Shown piece by piece: positions 29,806-40,508 of a stretch of DNA of 64,000 nucleotides. The stretch is taken from the NCBI GenBank assembly GCA_963777505.1, contig CAVZQN010000004.1, positions 736,001-800,000 of the forward strand. The letters are read 5' to 3'. Under the pieces are notes generated by a model. That model was not told the DNA's origin. It did no database searches and worked only from the letters and a program-made list of their open reading frames with translations. Each line of letters begins with the position of its first letter. The stretch's first letter is position 1. A program made the position numbers and the translations under genes. The DNA comes from an uncultured bacterium. Lineage in GTDB: Bacteria > Acidobacteriota > HRBIN11 > JAKEFK01.

Positions 29806-29870
29806 TAGGGGCAGCATTGAGCCGCCGAAAATTCTGGTCGCAATTGACGGGCGACCGCGAGAGTCACCCT
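29806..29870. repeat. GTAG-type REP-like doublet
   Basis: gtaggggcagcattgagccgcc...gggcgaccgcgagagtcaccctac; GTAG/CTAC ends. Confidence 0.6.
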
Positions 29871-29889
29871 ACCGCACGAACAAATCCCG

Positions 29890-32015
29890 ATGGCAATCGA
29901 AGCGGAACCGCTGCAAAAATCCGAGTTTCGCCCTTACGTCCCACCGAAGTTTCTTTACCTGAATTTACATGTCGTGCCGTTCTTTTGGGTGCGGTCTTAG
30001 GAATCGTATTCGGCGCAGCTTCGGTATATCTCGGGCTCAGAGTCGGCATCACAACATCTGCATCCATTCCAATCGCAGTCATGGCCATCACGATTCTAAA
30101 AGTGCTCGGCAAATCCTCAATCCTTGAGAACAACATTGTTCAAACAGTAGGTTCTGCAGGTGAATCCATCGCCGCAGCCGTTGTGTTTACAGTTCCTGCC
30201 TTGATCTTTCTTGGTTATGCGCTTGATCCAAAAATTACATTGTTAATCGCACTGACCGGTGGATTGCTTGGCGTGTTGATGATGATTCCTTTGCGCCGGT
30301 ATTTGATCGTGAAAGAGCACGGCAATTTACGCTTTCCGGAAGGAACTGCTTGCGCAGAAATTCTAAAAGCAGGTGAAGTGGGAGGCACAAGCGCTGCGAA
30401 AATTTTCAAAGGCATGGGAATCGGCGCACTCTTTAAAGCGCTTCCTTCATTATTCGGATTTTGGAAACCTTCGCCCGGGCGTGATCTTCCATTTTATAAA
30501 GGTTCCACAATCGCGATGGATGTGGCTCCTGAATTAATGGGAGTCGGTTACATCATTGGTTATCGTACTTCTTTGATTATGTGTGCCGGCGGACTGCTCT
30601 CTTCGTTTGTTCTGGGGCCGATTCTAGTATTTGCAGGCCAGAATGCCGCAAGTCCAATTTATCCTGGAACCAGCATTCTTCCTGAAATGGGGTTCGGTGA
30701 GGTTTGGCGCAGCTATATCCGTTATATCGGTGCTGGCGCTGTTGCGGCAGGTGGTGTTCTTGGGTTGTTCCGTGCAATGCCCGCTATCTGGGATTCGTTG
30801 AGTGCTTCATTCCGCCAGCTTACAGGTGAAGGAATTCGCGGCGGTGATCGCTCACTGATGCTTCGCACTGAACGCGATACTCCGCTTACAGTAGTAATTT
30901 TTGGTTCGCTGGCACTCGTAGTATTTATCTGGCTCTATCCCACATTTCGCGTGAATTTATTGGGTGCATTTTTAATCGTAATTTTTGGCTTTCTGTTTTC
31001 TGTTGTGTCCGCGCGTATCACAGGAATTGTCGGATCCTCATCCAGTCCGCTTTCAGGAATGACAATTGCCGTTCTGATGGCAACTTGTTTTCTTTTTCTT
31101 GCCTTCGATATGAAAGGCAGGGAATACACGTATCTTGCACTTGTTATTGGAGCCGTGATCTGCGTTTGTATCAGCAATGCTGGAACGACAGCACAGGATT
31201 TAAAAACCGGATTTCTTGTTGGTGCAACGCCGCGCGCTCAACAGCTTGGACTTCTGATTGGTGTGATTGCGTCCGCGAGTGTCGTTGGTTACACGATGCT
31301 TTTGTTAAATGAAAGCCAGACGAAAGAAACTCCTATCCCACCATTTAGTCCGCCCGCAATCGCCATGCAGCACGCTGAGGAAATCAAAGGTAAAGATGGT
31401 AAATATTATTTGCTTGCGAAAGTAACTGATGTAGAAGGTGTTGAACCCGGCAATTATCTCGTTGATAAAAACACCAGGATGGCTATAAAACGTCGAGTTG
31501 ATGGGATTGGAGGCAGAGAACTTGCTGCGCCTCAAGCAAATTTAATGTCCGTTCTCATTTCAGGTTTGCTTGAACAAAAACTTCCGTGGGATCTCATATT
31601 AATTGGAGTTTGTATCGCGTTATTTATTGAGTTAATGGGTGAACATTCCTTAACTTTTGCGGTAGGAGTCTATTTGCCGATTTCTTCAACGCTTCCAATT
31701 TATGTCGGTGGTTTGATCCGCAAAATGGCGGACCGTTCTTACAAACGCACGCCTGATGATGTGGAAGAAGCTGAAGGAACTCTTATGTCATCGGGTCTAA
31801 TCGCAGGCGGCGCGCTTGTCGGAGTGTTGGGTGCATTCCTGCACTTTGTTCCTGCCATGATGTTTGATGATGATAATACCGGTTTGCCGATGGCAATCGC
31901 TTTCGGATACAAATATCTCCGTTTCCTTTGGGATATGGATTTAGTTGCTGTGATTGCTTTTGCGTTTCTAGGTTTTCTCTTATTCCGCGGCGCCGCCCCA
32001 AGAAAAACTACCTAA
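29890..32015 (+). CDS. OPT family oligopeptide transporter; single frameshift near 29943
   Basis: ATG at 29890 gives MAIEAEPLQKSEFRPYVP, the typical OPT N-terminus, one base off the EVSLPEFT frame; YLGLRVG, ENNIVQT, FPEGTACA, QDLKTG and APQA motifs. Confidence 0.9.
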
Positions 32016-33544
32016 TCATAATGCTTCAGTTTTGGCCAGGTTTCTGCCACAGGGATTTTAATCTGCCTGCATAGATAAACGATTTTATTATCTTCATAAG
32101 GCATGCAATAGTCGCAATCAATTTTTCCAACTTCTTCAACCGTTTCAAAATATCTTTTTTTCGACTCTACCGAGCCGCCCATTGTGATCAAACATTCCCC
32201 GTTAAAATCTCCGGGTCCCCAGAGCCAGTAATTATTGTGACTGCTGATTGCGACGGGTAACCCCTTTTCCCTTCCAAGAAAACTGATCGCTCCCGCCTGG
32301 CCATAATTGGAACCGAAAATTCTGCACTGTTTGCGGTCTTCCGGACTTAATTGATTCCAGACACGTGACAATTCAGTTATGTGATCATTCCAACCAAACA
32401 TATCAGCATAAAACTGAGGAAGAGAGCCAATTTCCTTTTTTTCTTCCGTGGATGGTTCTACTCCAATCCATTTTGCGTAAGCAATGTACTTTTCAACCGG
32501 CAAAACTGGGACAGCAAAAGGAAGAACAATAATGCCAGCGCCGATGACAAGCACTGCAAGAACCGGCCTCAGCCATTTAACGTGGAATGCATCGATCCAT
32601 ACAGCGATCGTTGTTGCGCCTGCCGCAAATAACATTGGATATGCTGGAGCCAGATAGCCCGGACGGCTTTTTTGATTGGCAATTAAAAGTACAAACACGG
32701 TGAGATAAATCCATCCACAAGCACGATAGGGACGTCCCGCTGGTAGAACGAAATAAAAAACCAGACCCAGCAGCCAGATCGGCGAAAGAAATGGGTTCAT
32801 TTCATCAATCTGACCAAGCAAAAATTCATAGGGTGAAATGCCTGCCATTTTCTCTTGCGTTGCATTCTTCATGAACTCCAGGGTGGGCCAATCGTTTTGG
32901 ATTTGCCAGATTATGTAAGGAGAAAACAAAACAACAGCAATTGCAGCAGCGATCCAGGGCCAAGGGGTTCTAAAATATTTTCGTGCTTGCGTCAAAAGGA
33001 GACCTGCAAAAATTCCAGCCCCGAACCATAAGACACTAATCTTATTGAGTAAACCAAATCCCAAAATGAACCCCAGTAAGATCCAATCCCGGGGTAGACC
33101 ATTTTTCAGAATCCGTATGAATAGGAAGGATCCGATTGTCCAGAAAAGCACGTCAAAACTATTCATCGAGTAGTAGTGATTATTTCCGAGGAATGATGGG
33201 ACTGCGAAGACAGATAACCCGGCAAGCAGTACACCAAATGTCGTTGCACCCAGTTCTCGCGCCATTTTCCCTGTGAACCAGATCGTCAGCCCACCTGCGA
33301 TTGCAGGTAAAAAGCGAAGGGCAAGTAGCGAATCACCCAGCACATTCCTGCTCAACCAGAGGAGAAAAATGGAAAAAGGTGGTTGATCTACATATCCGGC
33401 GGCAAGATGCTCACTGCAAGCAAGATAATAGAATTCGTCGCGGAAATATCCGTATCCTTGTGATGTCAATAGGTGGAATCCGGCTTTTGCAAGTGACAGC
33501 AAAAAAAGAACTTTCAGGGCGGAGTCATCGCTTCGTAAGTTCAT
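32012..33544 (-). CDS. GT39/ArnT-like (PMT_2) membrane glycosyltransferase
   Basis: YGYFRDEFYYL, GYVDQPP, GLLNK, YADMFGW, NYGQAGA and HNNYWLWGP motifs. Confidence 0.88.
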   Translation of the reverse strand: MNLRSDDSALKVLFLLSLAKAGFHLLTSQGYGYFRDEFYYLACSEHLAAGYVDQPPFSIFLLWLSRNVLGDSLLALRFLPAIAGGLTIWFTGKMARELGATTFGVLLAGLSVFAVPSFLGNNHYYSMNSFDVLFWTIGSFLFIRILKNGLPRDWILLGFILGFGLLNKISVLWFGAGIFAGLLLTQARKYFRTPWPWIAAAIAVVLFSPYIIWQIQNDWPTLEFMKNATQEKMAGISPYEFLLGQIDEMNPFLSPIWLLGLVFYFVLPAGRPYRACGWIYLTVFVLLIANQKSRPGYLAPAYPMLFAAGATTIAVWIDAFHVKWLRPVLAVLVIGAGIIVLPFAVPVLPVEKYIAYAKWIGVEPSTEEKKEIGSLPQFYADMFGWNDHITELSRVWNQLSPEDRKQCRIFGSNYGQAGAISFLGREKGLPVAISSHNNYWLWGPGDFNGECLITMGGSVESKKRYFETVEEVGKIDCDYCMPYEDNKIVYLCRQIKIPVAETWPKLKHYD

Positions 33545-33680
33545 TACGTATATTCTACTGGCAGTATTAGACGTTCGCGAACTACAATTTGTTTATCAAG
33601 GTCTAGCAACCTTCTGGATAAGTTTCCGATAAATTAATGTGGGAATATCCGGTAATATGGAGTTAGTAGGAGGATCCCCG

Positions 33681-34118
33681 TTGTTAAAGACGCCTTACCG
33701 GCCTGAATCTACGATGTGTTTTCAGCGTTTGAAAGACATCGATGAAACGTACAGGAAAGCGATTGAATCAATTTTGAAAATTGCAAAGACAGAAGGTCCA
33801 TTCTGGCAGAGACTGGAAACAATGGTGAACATTCACATTGATGAAGTCGAACAGCCGGATAATTTGAAAGCCCAAAAGAAGTCACGAAAAGAAGAGGATA
33901 TTTATCAATGTTGTTTGTTTGACATTGTTGAGGCTTTTTTTGGCCACGAATGTGAATCGATTCTTGATAGTTCCTTTGGGGCAGAGCAAAAGCGGCATGC
34001 TATGGATCGTCTTTTGCGAAGCTTGAAAGATGTTCCATTAGGTGGACCTCAATGGAATCACGGAACTATGCCGAGAATCAACAAAAGACTCGAGGATGTT
34101 AAAAAGCAGATTCATTAG
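33681..34118 (+). CDS. Hypothetical helical protein
   Basis: AGGAGG RBS before TTG at 33681, in frame with track ORF 33639-34118; no family recognised. Confidence 0.55.
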   Translation: MLKTPYRPESTMCFQRLKDIDETYRKAIESILKIAKTEGPFWQRLETMVNIHIDEVEQPDNLKAQKKSRKEEDIYQCCLFDIVEAFFGHECESILDSSFGAEQKRHAMDRLLRSLKDVPLGGPQWNHGTMPRINKRLEDVKKQIH

Positions 34119-34162
34119 GGGCCTTGAGAGTGGAGGGAAATAGGACTTGATGAGGTGCTGCC

Positions 34163-34585
34163 ATGAATTTAGAAGAGATAGATTTAAGGAAGATTAGACC
34201 TTCTGGTTATTTGAAAGATGGTTTCTTTGATCATTCAGGCGATTGGATCAAGGGATTAAATGGACTCTGTTCACTGGCAACAGCTCATCATCTTCATGAA
34301 GAAGGAACCGATCCGGATGAAGTTAAAAAGATCGCCGATCAACTTATGGATTTAAGTGTCGATGTTTTTGGCGATGCTGAAATCATCGAATGTCAGCTCA
34401 TTGATGATTGGTCACGGGATGCCATTTTTCAGATTATGGATAGCCCGCAAGCACGACAATCCGCAGTCCTTACTGAATTGTTTGATACAGTCCGTCCTCA
34501 TACCAAGAATTGGAAAAACTTCGCAGCTCTCGTCATCCATTTGCAGAGAATTTCCAGCCAACTCACCCAGCTAGCTTGCGCATAG
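34163..34585 (+). CDS. Hypothetical helical protein, possibly Csm2/Cas11-like
   Basis: GAGG RBS; GYLKDGFFD start and LF...KNF.ALVIHL end resemble some Csm2 proteins (by eye only). Confidence 0.55.
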   Translation: MNLEEIDLRKIRPSGYLKDGFFDHSGDWIKGLNGLCSLATAHHLHEEGTDPDEVKKIADQLMDLSVDVFGDAEIIECQLIDDWSRDAIFQIMDSPQARQSAVLTELFDTVRPHTKNWKNFAALVIHLQRISSQLTQLACA

Positions 34586-34591
34586 TTTTTT

Positions 34592-34645
34592 CAACGCCGA
34601 GTACGCCGAGCTAAAAATGAAAAACCTCGGCGACCTCTGCGTTAA
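34592..34645. repeat. Nonamer-periodic inverted repeat element (copy of the 13846 element)
   Basis: caacgccgagtacgccgag...ctcggcgacctctgcgttaaa. Confidence 0.7.
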
Positions 34646-34729
34646 AAAGCCCCATCACCAACGCTGTTGCAGCCCCTCAGTTCGTTTGTTATTATGTGAA
34701 ATCCGCAATTTACATTCAGCAATCTGTGT

Positions 34730-34803
34730 GCACCCTTAGCTCAACTGGACAGAGCACCTGACTACGGATCAGAAGGTTGGGAGTTCGAATCTCTCAGGGT
34801 GCA
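34730..34803 (+). tRNA. tRNA-Arg (ACG)
   Basis: GCACCCTTAGCTCAACTGGACAGAGCACCTGACT-ACG-GATCAGAAGGTTGGGAGTTCGAATCTCTCAGGGTGCA folds as a cloverleaf. Confidence 0.96.
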
Positions 34804-35070
34804 TTATTTCAACAACTTACATCAAGAGATGAAGCATAACGCGCAAGGATTGTTTTATCCGTTTAAGAACAAGTTAATAATTCGTAGCTTCAAAGAGCTT
34901 AAATATCCTTTCCTTGTTCTTTGTAGATATTTATTGTTTGCTGGATAAGATGCTTCGGAGGGTTATTCAACTTCATTCCTTTTTCCCGTTCCATCATACT
35001 GCTCACCAGAATTAATCGTAACCGGCAATGAAGATCGGATATAATCGTAGGAATATATTATGGAGGTCAT

Positions 35071-35313
35071 GTGGCTCAACAGAAGGTTGCGAAGCTCGGA
35101 GTAAAGCGGGAATCAGGATTTCTTTACTACATTGATACAGATGGTGACGTGGCGAGGGCGCCCATGGCGCGAACTGGCACAAAGGGCGGAAAGAAGAAAC
35201 CCGAGAAAGTCGCCAAAGCCGGTGTTAAGCGCGAGAAAGGATACATGTACTTTTTGGATAAGGATGGTGACGCCAGCCGAGCTAAAATGGCCCGCGGTGG
35301 AAAGAAGAAATAG
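35071..35313 (+). CDS. Small basic two-repeat protein
   Basis: GGAGG RBS and GTG start; repeats KVAKLGVKRESGFLYYIDTDGDVARAPMAR and KVAKAGVKREKGYMYFLDKDGDASRAKMAR. Confidence 0.85.
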   Translation: MAQQKVAKLGVKRESGFLYYIDTDGDVARAPMARTGTKGGKKKPEKVAKAGVKREKGYMYFLDKDGDASRAKMARGGKKK

Positions 35314-35375
35314 TCAGTTGACCAGATATAAACTAGAAATCTGTACGTAAAATACCGAAGAAGTATATTTCGTTA

Positions 35376-35630
35376 ATGAAATACTACGTTTATATAGTGC
35401 AGTGTTCCGACAAGACTTTCTACATAGGTGCCACTAATAATCTTAATAAGCGATTGACCGATCATAATACTTCAAAATATGGCGCCCATTATACTAAGAC
35501 TCGCCGGCCAGTGGTTCTCGTATATTCTGAAGATTGTAAAACGCTGAGTAAGGCCTTGAAGCGCGAACACGAGCTCAAACGACTTACCCGAAAAGAGAAA
35601 CTCGATCTTATATGGCGGCTGGAAGCCTAG
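35376..35630 (+). CDS. GIY-YIG nuclease family protein (UPF0213/YhbQ-like)
   Basis: YYVYIVQC.D.TFYIG, RL..HN, GAHYTK.RRPV and ALKRE..LK motifs. Confidence 0.92.
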   Translation: MKYYVYIVQCSDKTFYIGATNNLNKRLTDHNTSKYGAHYTKTRRPVVLVYSEDCKTLSKALKREHELKRLTRKEKLDLIWRLEA

Positions 35631-36042
35631 GTGAGCCAGGCCCCGCGCCCGGGTGGGATAACGCGAACACAAACCACTTGCACCTGATAAGCCAGAACGC
35701 GAAAAAAAACTAAAAAGGATTGCGGAGACTCACTTGGCTAAGGTTGGGAGTTCGAATCTCTCAGGGTGCATTAAATTTGTTACGATTACGATAGCGCAAT
35801 GATAAACGCGGCATATCTTCAAACGTTGAAAGGTCGGGGGTGCTAAAGATGGCTTTTCATGACTATACGCGACACGAAGGGTTGGATAGGTTCTTGGAAA
35901 TGTCCTCACGATATTCAGGGATATCGTTTTTGGCTTACCTGAATCAAATAAAGAGACAGATAGCGATCAGACAATATGAACGCTTTAAACGACTGATGAT
36001 GTACATTCTTTCCAAATCGCGTTCAGGAACACTCTAAAACAA

Positions 36043-36582
36043 CTAAGTTCCAGGCACAGGTGGAACATAATTGAGTGTAAAATTCGCCGTTCCAGCTGGG
36101 AATGCTTTGTCCACACTAATAACATTCACTTCAAGAACGTCTTTGGGTCCAAAAATAATTGCATCCCGGTGACGGAAAGTCTGCAAAAGAATCACTCCAT
36201 CAGCGCCGACGGTTAGATCAAAATTCTTTGATCGAAGCAACGCATTTTGCGGGTTCTTAAGACGAAGCGCAATCCGCATTTTTGAAGGAATCTGACTTCC
36301 AGCAACTGAAGGTGTAATCTTGCCTTTAATCTTAAGATCGCCGATGTAAATAAATCCACGTTGTGTCTGCAAAAAACTTACGGAGTAAATTGGCTGGCCT
36401 TTCGCGCTTGCGCTGAACTGGCCTGAATATACGTACTGAACCCTGGTGAAGGAAATCGGAACTCCAGCTTCATCGAATGGCGATAACCTTCCTGTTAAAC
36501 CTGGTGATTCAAATAAGACTCCACATTGAAGTTGGAAAGCAGAAAGCGCCAGGATCAAAATTGCATTTCTGAAAGTAAACAT
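36043..36582 (-). CDS. Hypothetical exported protein
   Basis: GGAGG RBS, signal-like N-terminus and beta-rich body. Confidence 0.65.
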   Translation of the reverse strand: MFTFRNAILILALSAFQLQCGVLFESPGLTGRLSPFDEAGVPISFTRVQYVYSGQFSASAKGQPIYSVSFLQTQRGFIYIGDLKIKGKITPSVAGSQIPSKMRIALRLKNPQNALLRSKNFDLTVGADGVILLQTFRHRDAIIFGPKDVLEVNVISVDKAFPAGTANFTLNYVPPVPGT

Positions 36583-36723
36583 AAACACCTCCAATCAACG
36601 ATTTGATTATAAAAAGACTTCACTAACCGCAGCACTATCAAAAGTTAGGTATTTTGATCCATCATTATTCCAGCTAGACACACACACATTCATGCCTATC
36701 TTCGGAATGTGAGGTGTTAACTT

Positions 36724-36846
36724 ATGCAAGGTCCCGCGCGAGGTTGTTTGGCCAGTTTGATTTCCTGGAAACTTGGAGGCGGTATTATCTCCACGATCCT
36801 GATTTTTATTGTCGTTTATTATTTGCTAGGTCACGTTAACTGCTAG
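36724..36846 (+). CDS. 40-aa small membrane protein (not in ORF track)
   Basis: GAGGTG RBS; MQGPARGCLASLISWKLGGGIISTILIFIVVYYLLGHVNC; one TM helix. Confidence 0.65.
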   Translation: MQGPARGCLASLISWKLGGGIISTILIFIVVYYLLGHVNC

Positions 36847-36890
36847 AGCAAATACAGATCTGCGGATAACATAGAAAGTGGAGGTCTACT

Positions 36891-37367
36891 ATGGATCAAG
36901 TTTCTATCGATACCGCTATTGGACAATTACAAGCAGTTCTCGATGAATGTTTTGTTCACACGAATAAGCCATGGACTTATTTCACCGATAACAAGCCTGA
37001 AGCCGGTTTCATCGGTCTTTTGCAAACCATAAAAGCTGAGGAAGCTTCACGTAAGATTGCTGGGACATCGATTGCTTCGCATGCGCATCATGTTCGTTTC
37101 AGTCTTCGTGAATCCGCTATGTCTATTCGCGGTGAAGATGCACAGGTGGATTGGAAGGAGAGCTGGAATATCAGTTCGGTTAATGATGCTGAGTGGGCAA
37201 AAATGCGCGAGGAAATTCTTAAGGCTTACCAGGAGTTGCGCGAAGTGATCGGATCAAAAGCGTCTTCCTCAGTAGAAGCATTTGGGGGCGCAGCAGGTGT
37301 TGTTGCTCATATGGCTTTTCACCTGGGAGCCATTAGACAAAAGATCGCATTGATCAAACAGACATAA
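36891..37367 (+). CDS. DinB/YfiT-like four-helix protein
   Basis: SIASHAHH and AHMAFHLGAIRQ histidine pattern; GGAGG RBS. Confidence 0.85.
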   Translation: MDQVSIDTAIGQLQAVLDECFVHTNKPWTYFTDNKPEAGFIGLLQTIKAEEASRKIAGTSIASHAHHVRFSLRESAMSIRGEDAQVDWKESWNISSVNDAEWAKMREEILKAYQELREVIGSKASSSVEAFGGAAGVVAHMAFHLGAIRQKIALIKQT

Positions 37368-38732
37368 TTAATTCAAACTGAAAGCTGCAATCAATCCAGG
37401 AAGAGCTTCTCCGTTATTTTTATCTGCATCAAATCTAGGTGCCGCGACAAGAAGATCTTCACGGCCATCGTTATTCAAATCTCCAGCGGATCTCAATCGG
37501 ATTCCGAAATGTGTGGAGAATGCTCGTTTGTTCGGTAAAATTTCTTCAACAAAAACGAGATTATCTCCATCTTTGCCATTCAGGATCGTAAAGTGTCCCG
37601 GAACTCCTCCTGCAAGCATCGGAGGCAACGATGCAGGTGCTCCCACTGCAATTTCAGAAATGCCATCACCATTCATGTCCTTCAAAATCTCGACAGCTCT
37701 GCCGAATTGTCCTGAATCAATGGTACCCGTCTTGGTCCAGAGAGTTGTACCGTTGGCTCCATTCAATCCACTAACAGCGCCGCGCAACATACGTCCTTGA
37801 TTCGGAGCTGACACCACAAAGTCTGCAATCTGGTCAGCATTCAGATCAGAAATTTGCAACGCTTTGTCGCCAAATAATGTTTCAGAAGGACGGCTCTGCG
37901 ACCACAACTTTTTGTTCGTGACTCCATTGAATGCCCACACTCGCGCTTCAAGACGAGTCGGAGTCGGCGCAAATAATATGTCGCTAACAAGCAAATCCAT
38001 TCTTGAATCGTGACTCATTTTAGAACTTACAACGGCCGATCCAAAAAATGAGGATGAGCCTTTAGGCGCATTAAAATAGCGGAATGTTTTGCCGTCGCGT
38101 CCTGATACAAAATGAATGCGCGGCAAGTGATCATCATTGTAACGGCTTGAGATCAGAAGATCAGGAATCGCATCGCCATTTCTATCGGTAGTTACAGAAA
38201 CCGATGAACCGAATCCAGGTTCTAATTCTGGTGAAGTTCGTTTCCAGATAATTCTTCCCAGATCCGGATTTAGAATGCTGATGAGATATTTTCCACCGGT
38301 TGTAGAAGGAGGATCGCCAGAAACTTCTGCAAGGTAAGTTGTCAGCACAACATCTTTTCTTCCGTTACCATCGAAATCAGCGATTCCGGAAAAAGTGCGA
38401 TTGTGAAGAAGCGAATAAGAACGGATGACTTGTCCAGTTCTTCCAGATACGATTCGGAAAAACGTTCTTGCACTTGTACCATCATATGCATTTACAAGAA
38501 TTTCCGGTGCTCCATCGCCATCATAATCGTCAACAGCAATGGCGTCTTGCATTCCAAGATACCTGCCTTGTCCCTGTATGGACCAGAGCAACGTTGCCTG
38601 GCCGCGCGTTACGCGAAATCTAAATTCGTTAACCCGTTTATCTGAATTTGCATTCAAGCCTGAAAGAAAGAAGATAACTGCACCAAGTGCAATGAAGAAT
38701 CGTATTAAGTTTTTTAAATAGATTTGTATCAT
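37368..38732 (-). CDS. Secreted FG-GAP/integrin-alpha-like beta-propeller protein
   Basis: Repeated DxDGDG/DxNGDG loops with FG..V and VGAP/VSAP/AAP motifs; AGGAGG RBS before ATG at 38732. Confidence 0.85.
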   Translation of the reverse strand: MIQIYLKNLIRFFIALGAVIFFLSGLNANSDKRVNEFRFRVTRGQATLLWSIQGQGRYLGMQDAIAVDDYDGDGAPEILVNAYDGTSARTFFRIVSGRTGQVIRSYSLLHNRTFSGIADFDGNGRKDVVLTTYLAEVSGDPPSTTGGKYLISILNPDLGRIIWKRTSPELEPGFGSSVSVTTDRNGDAIPDLLISSRYNDDHLPRIHFVSGRDGKTFRYFNAPKGSSSFFGSAVVSSKMSHDSRMDLLVSDILFAPTPTRLEARVWAFNGVTNKKLWSQSRPSETLFGDKALQISDLNADQIADFVVSAPNQGRMLRGAVSGLNGANGTTLWTKTGTIDSGQFGRAVEILKDMNGDGISEIAVGAPASLPPMLAGGVPGHFTILNGKDGDNLVFVEEILPNKRAFSTHFGIRLRSAGDLNNDGREDLLVAAPRFDADKNNGEALPGLIAAFSLN

Positions 38733-38901
38733 GCCTTCCTCCTTACTGAAGAACAGCAGCAATTTTGACGCCAATCATTTTTTGCGGAGTAATTATAACG
38801 TTAACGGTACTGCTTCGTCTGCCTTCGGCAGACTTCAGTCTGCGTACCTTACTACAAACTTAACGAAATATTGAAAATTTATCAAAAAGTTGAGATACGA
38901 A

Positions 38902-40444
38902 TTAATTCGCTGGCTTCGCATCGTAGATCCGGAGTGCGAAAGTGAGAGGCGGCTCCCAATTGATTTTACGGGATATTGCTATCGTTTCAGGTTGAATCTC
39001 AAGTGGAACAATCGCACGAATTTCTGCGATCCGTTTTAATGCAATTCCGTAATACATATTTCGTGTTTTCAAATTGGGTTCGCGCCATGCAAGATCAATC
39101 GTTCGATCCAACTCAGGATCTGATAACCCTTGATAATTTTGATTAATCCTTTTATCCGGATGTGGGGAACGCATCAATATATCGAGCGCCAAACTAGCAG
39201 ACAGTGTCTCGCATGAAAAGCCAACCAGAGTAAAATCCGATTTGTTCTCTGCGATAAAGGGAAAGTATTCTGTTTTCGGCATTGCATTTACTGTGACTCT
39301 GATGCCGACAGAAGCAAGCTGACGAGCGACCTCATCCATAATCTGTACATCATTTACATACCTGTCTTTTGTTCCATCCAGGCGGATGGAAATTCCGTCT
39401 GGAAATCCTGCCTCTGCAAGTAATCGTTTTGCTTGAGCGCGGTCTACTTTCGGAACCGTGATCTCAGGGTTGTACCCTGCAACCTGTGGCGGTACCAGTT
39501 GGGATGCGACTTCTGCTTTTCCATGCAGTGCCCGGCGTACGAGTTCTTCGCGATCAATCGTAAGTTCAATGGCTTTCCGCAATCTGATATCGGAAAATGG
39601 TGGACGATCCATTCGAAATGTTAAAAACAAAACACGTGTGCCCGCGCGGCTAACAAGTTTTATTTTTCGGTTGGATTGAAGCCGATCAATTTGTTCCAAC
39701 GGAATGTTGTCTGCGATCTGTGCTTTCCCTGAGAGCAATGCTTCAATCCGCTTATTCGCATCAGGTTCGATAACAAATCGGACTCTGCTAAATGCAGGAG
39801 CTGGTCCACGAAAATAGCGATTTTTGATCAGGATCAATTGAGAACCTCGATCCCATCGTTCTATTGAATAGGGGCCAGTCCCAACAGCGGGAATTGGATT
39901 CTTTTGTAAAGCATCTTTCGGCAGAATAAATCCAATCGGTAAATGGGACAATAACATTGGAAAAGGATAATGCGTCCTAATTTCCACGCGGTCCGAGCCA
40001 ACAGTATGGAGAGATTGAATCGGCAATAAGAAACCAGCAGTAACAAAAGGACGTTTTAAGGCTGTTTCCAATGAACTAACAACATCTTCAGCGCGGACCG
40101 GAGTCCCATCTGAGAACCGCATCCCTTTTCGAAGATGAAATGACCACGTGTAGTCATCCAGATTTTCCCAGCTTTCAGCAATTGCAGCTTCAGGATTCAT
40201 GTCGCTTCCGAACCGAACAAGGCCTTCGAATACATTCGAATTCAAATCCAGCGTGAAGGACTCTGCGCTGAATTGGCGGATTTGGAAAAATGCCAATAAC
40301 ATCTGCGCGGGTTACCACTGTTAAAACTTCATCGGGACTTGAATTCGCACCTCGATCACAGTGCAAAGTTATCGATGAGAGAAGAAGGATCAAACAAATT
40401 TTTACTGCGAAAGAAATCTGGAGATGAATTGTTTGAGTCCTCAT
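38902..40444 (-). CDS. ABC transporter substrate-binding lipoprotein, family 5 (DppA/OppA-like); frameshift near 40270
   Basis: The signal ORF 40190-40444 (..ITLHC) joins the 38902 frame at PPIQ/AESF; VFEGLV, F.LRKG..FSDG, GTGPY and PFSD.RLRKA motifs. Confidence 0.85.
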
Positions 40445-40508
40445 AATCGCCCGCTTAAGAGGCTATAGACTAAGGCGGATTCTTTCCGTCCTGCCGTATT
40501 CTCAGTAC

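Larger units (their letters stand above)
34773..35773. mobile_element. tRNA-Arg-anchored mini-islet bounded by 34-bp att-like direct repeats
   Basis: aaggttgggagttcgaatctctcagggtgcatta at 34773-34806 (tRNA 3' end) and again at 35740-35773; no integrase inside. Confidence 0.8.

Noticed and set aside
29793-29889. Long N-terminal extension of the OPT transporter
   Set aside because: It is a translation of a REP element; the real start is probably ATG at 29890 with a frameshift.
35740-35773. Second tRNA-Arg gene
   Set aside because: Only the 3' part is present, without D-arm or anticodon; interpreted as an att repeat.
35840-36037. 65-aa ORF right of the islet
   Set aside because: No recognisable motif and weak start context; cannot support it as a gene.
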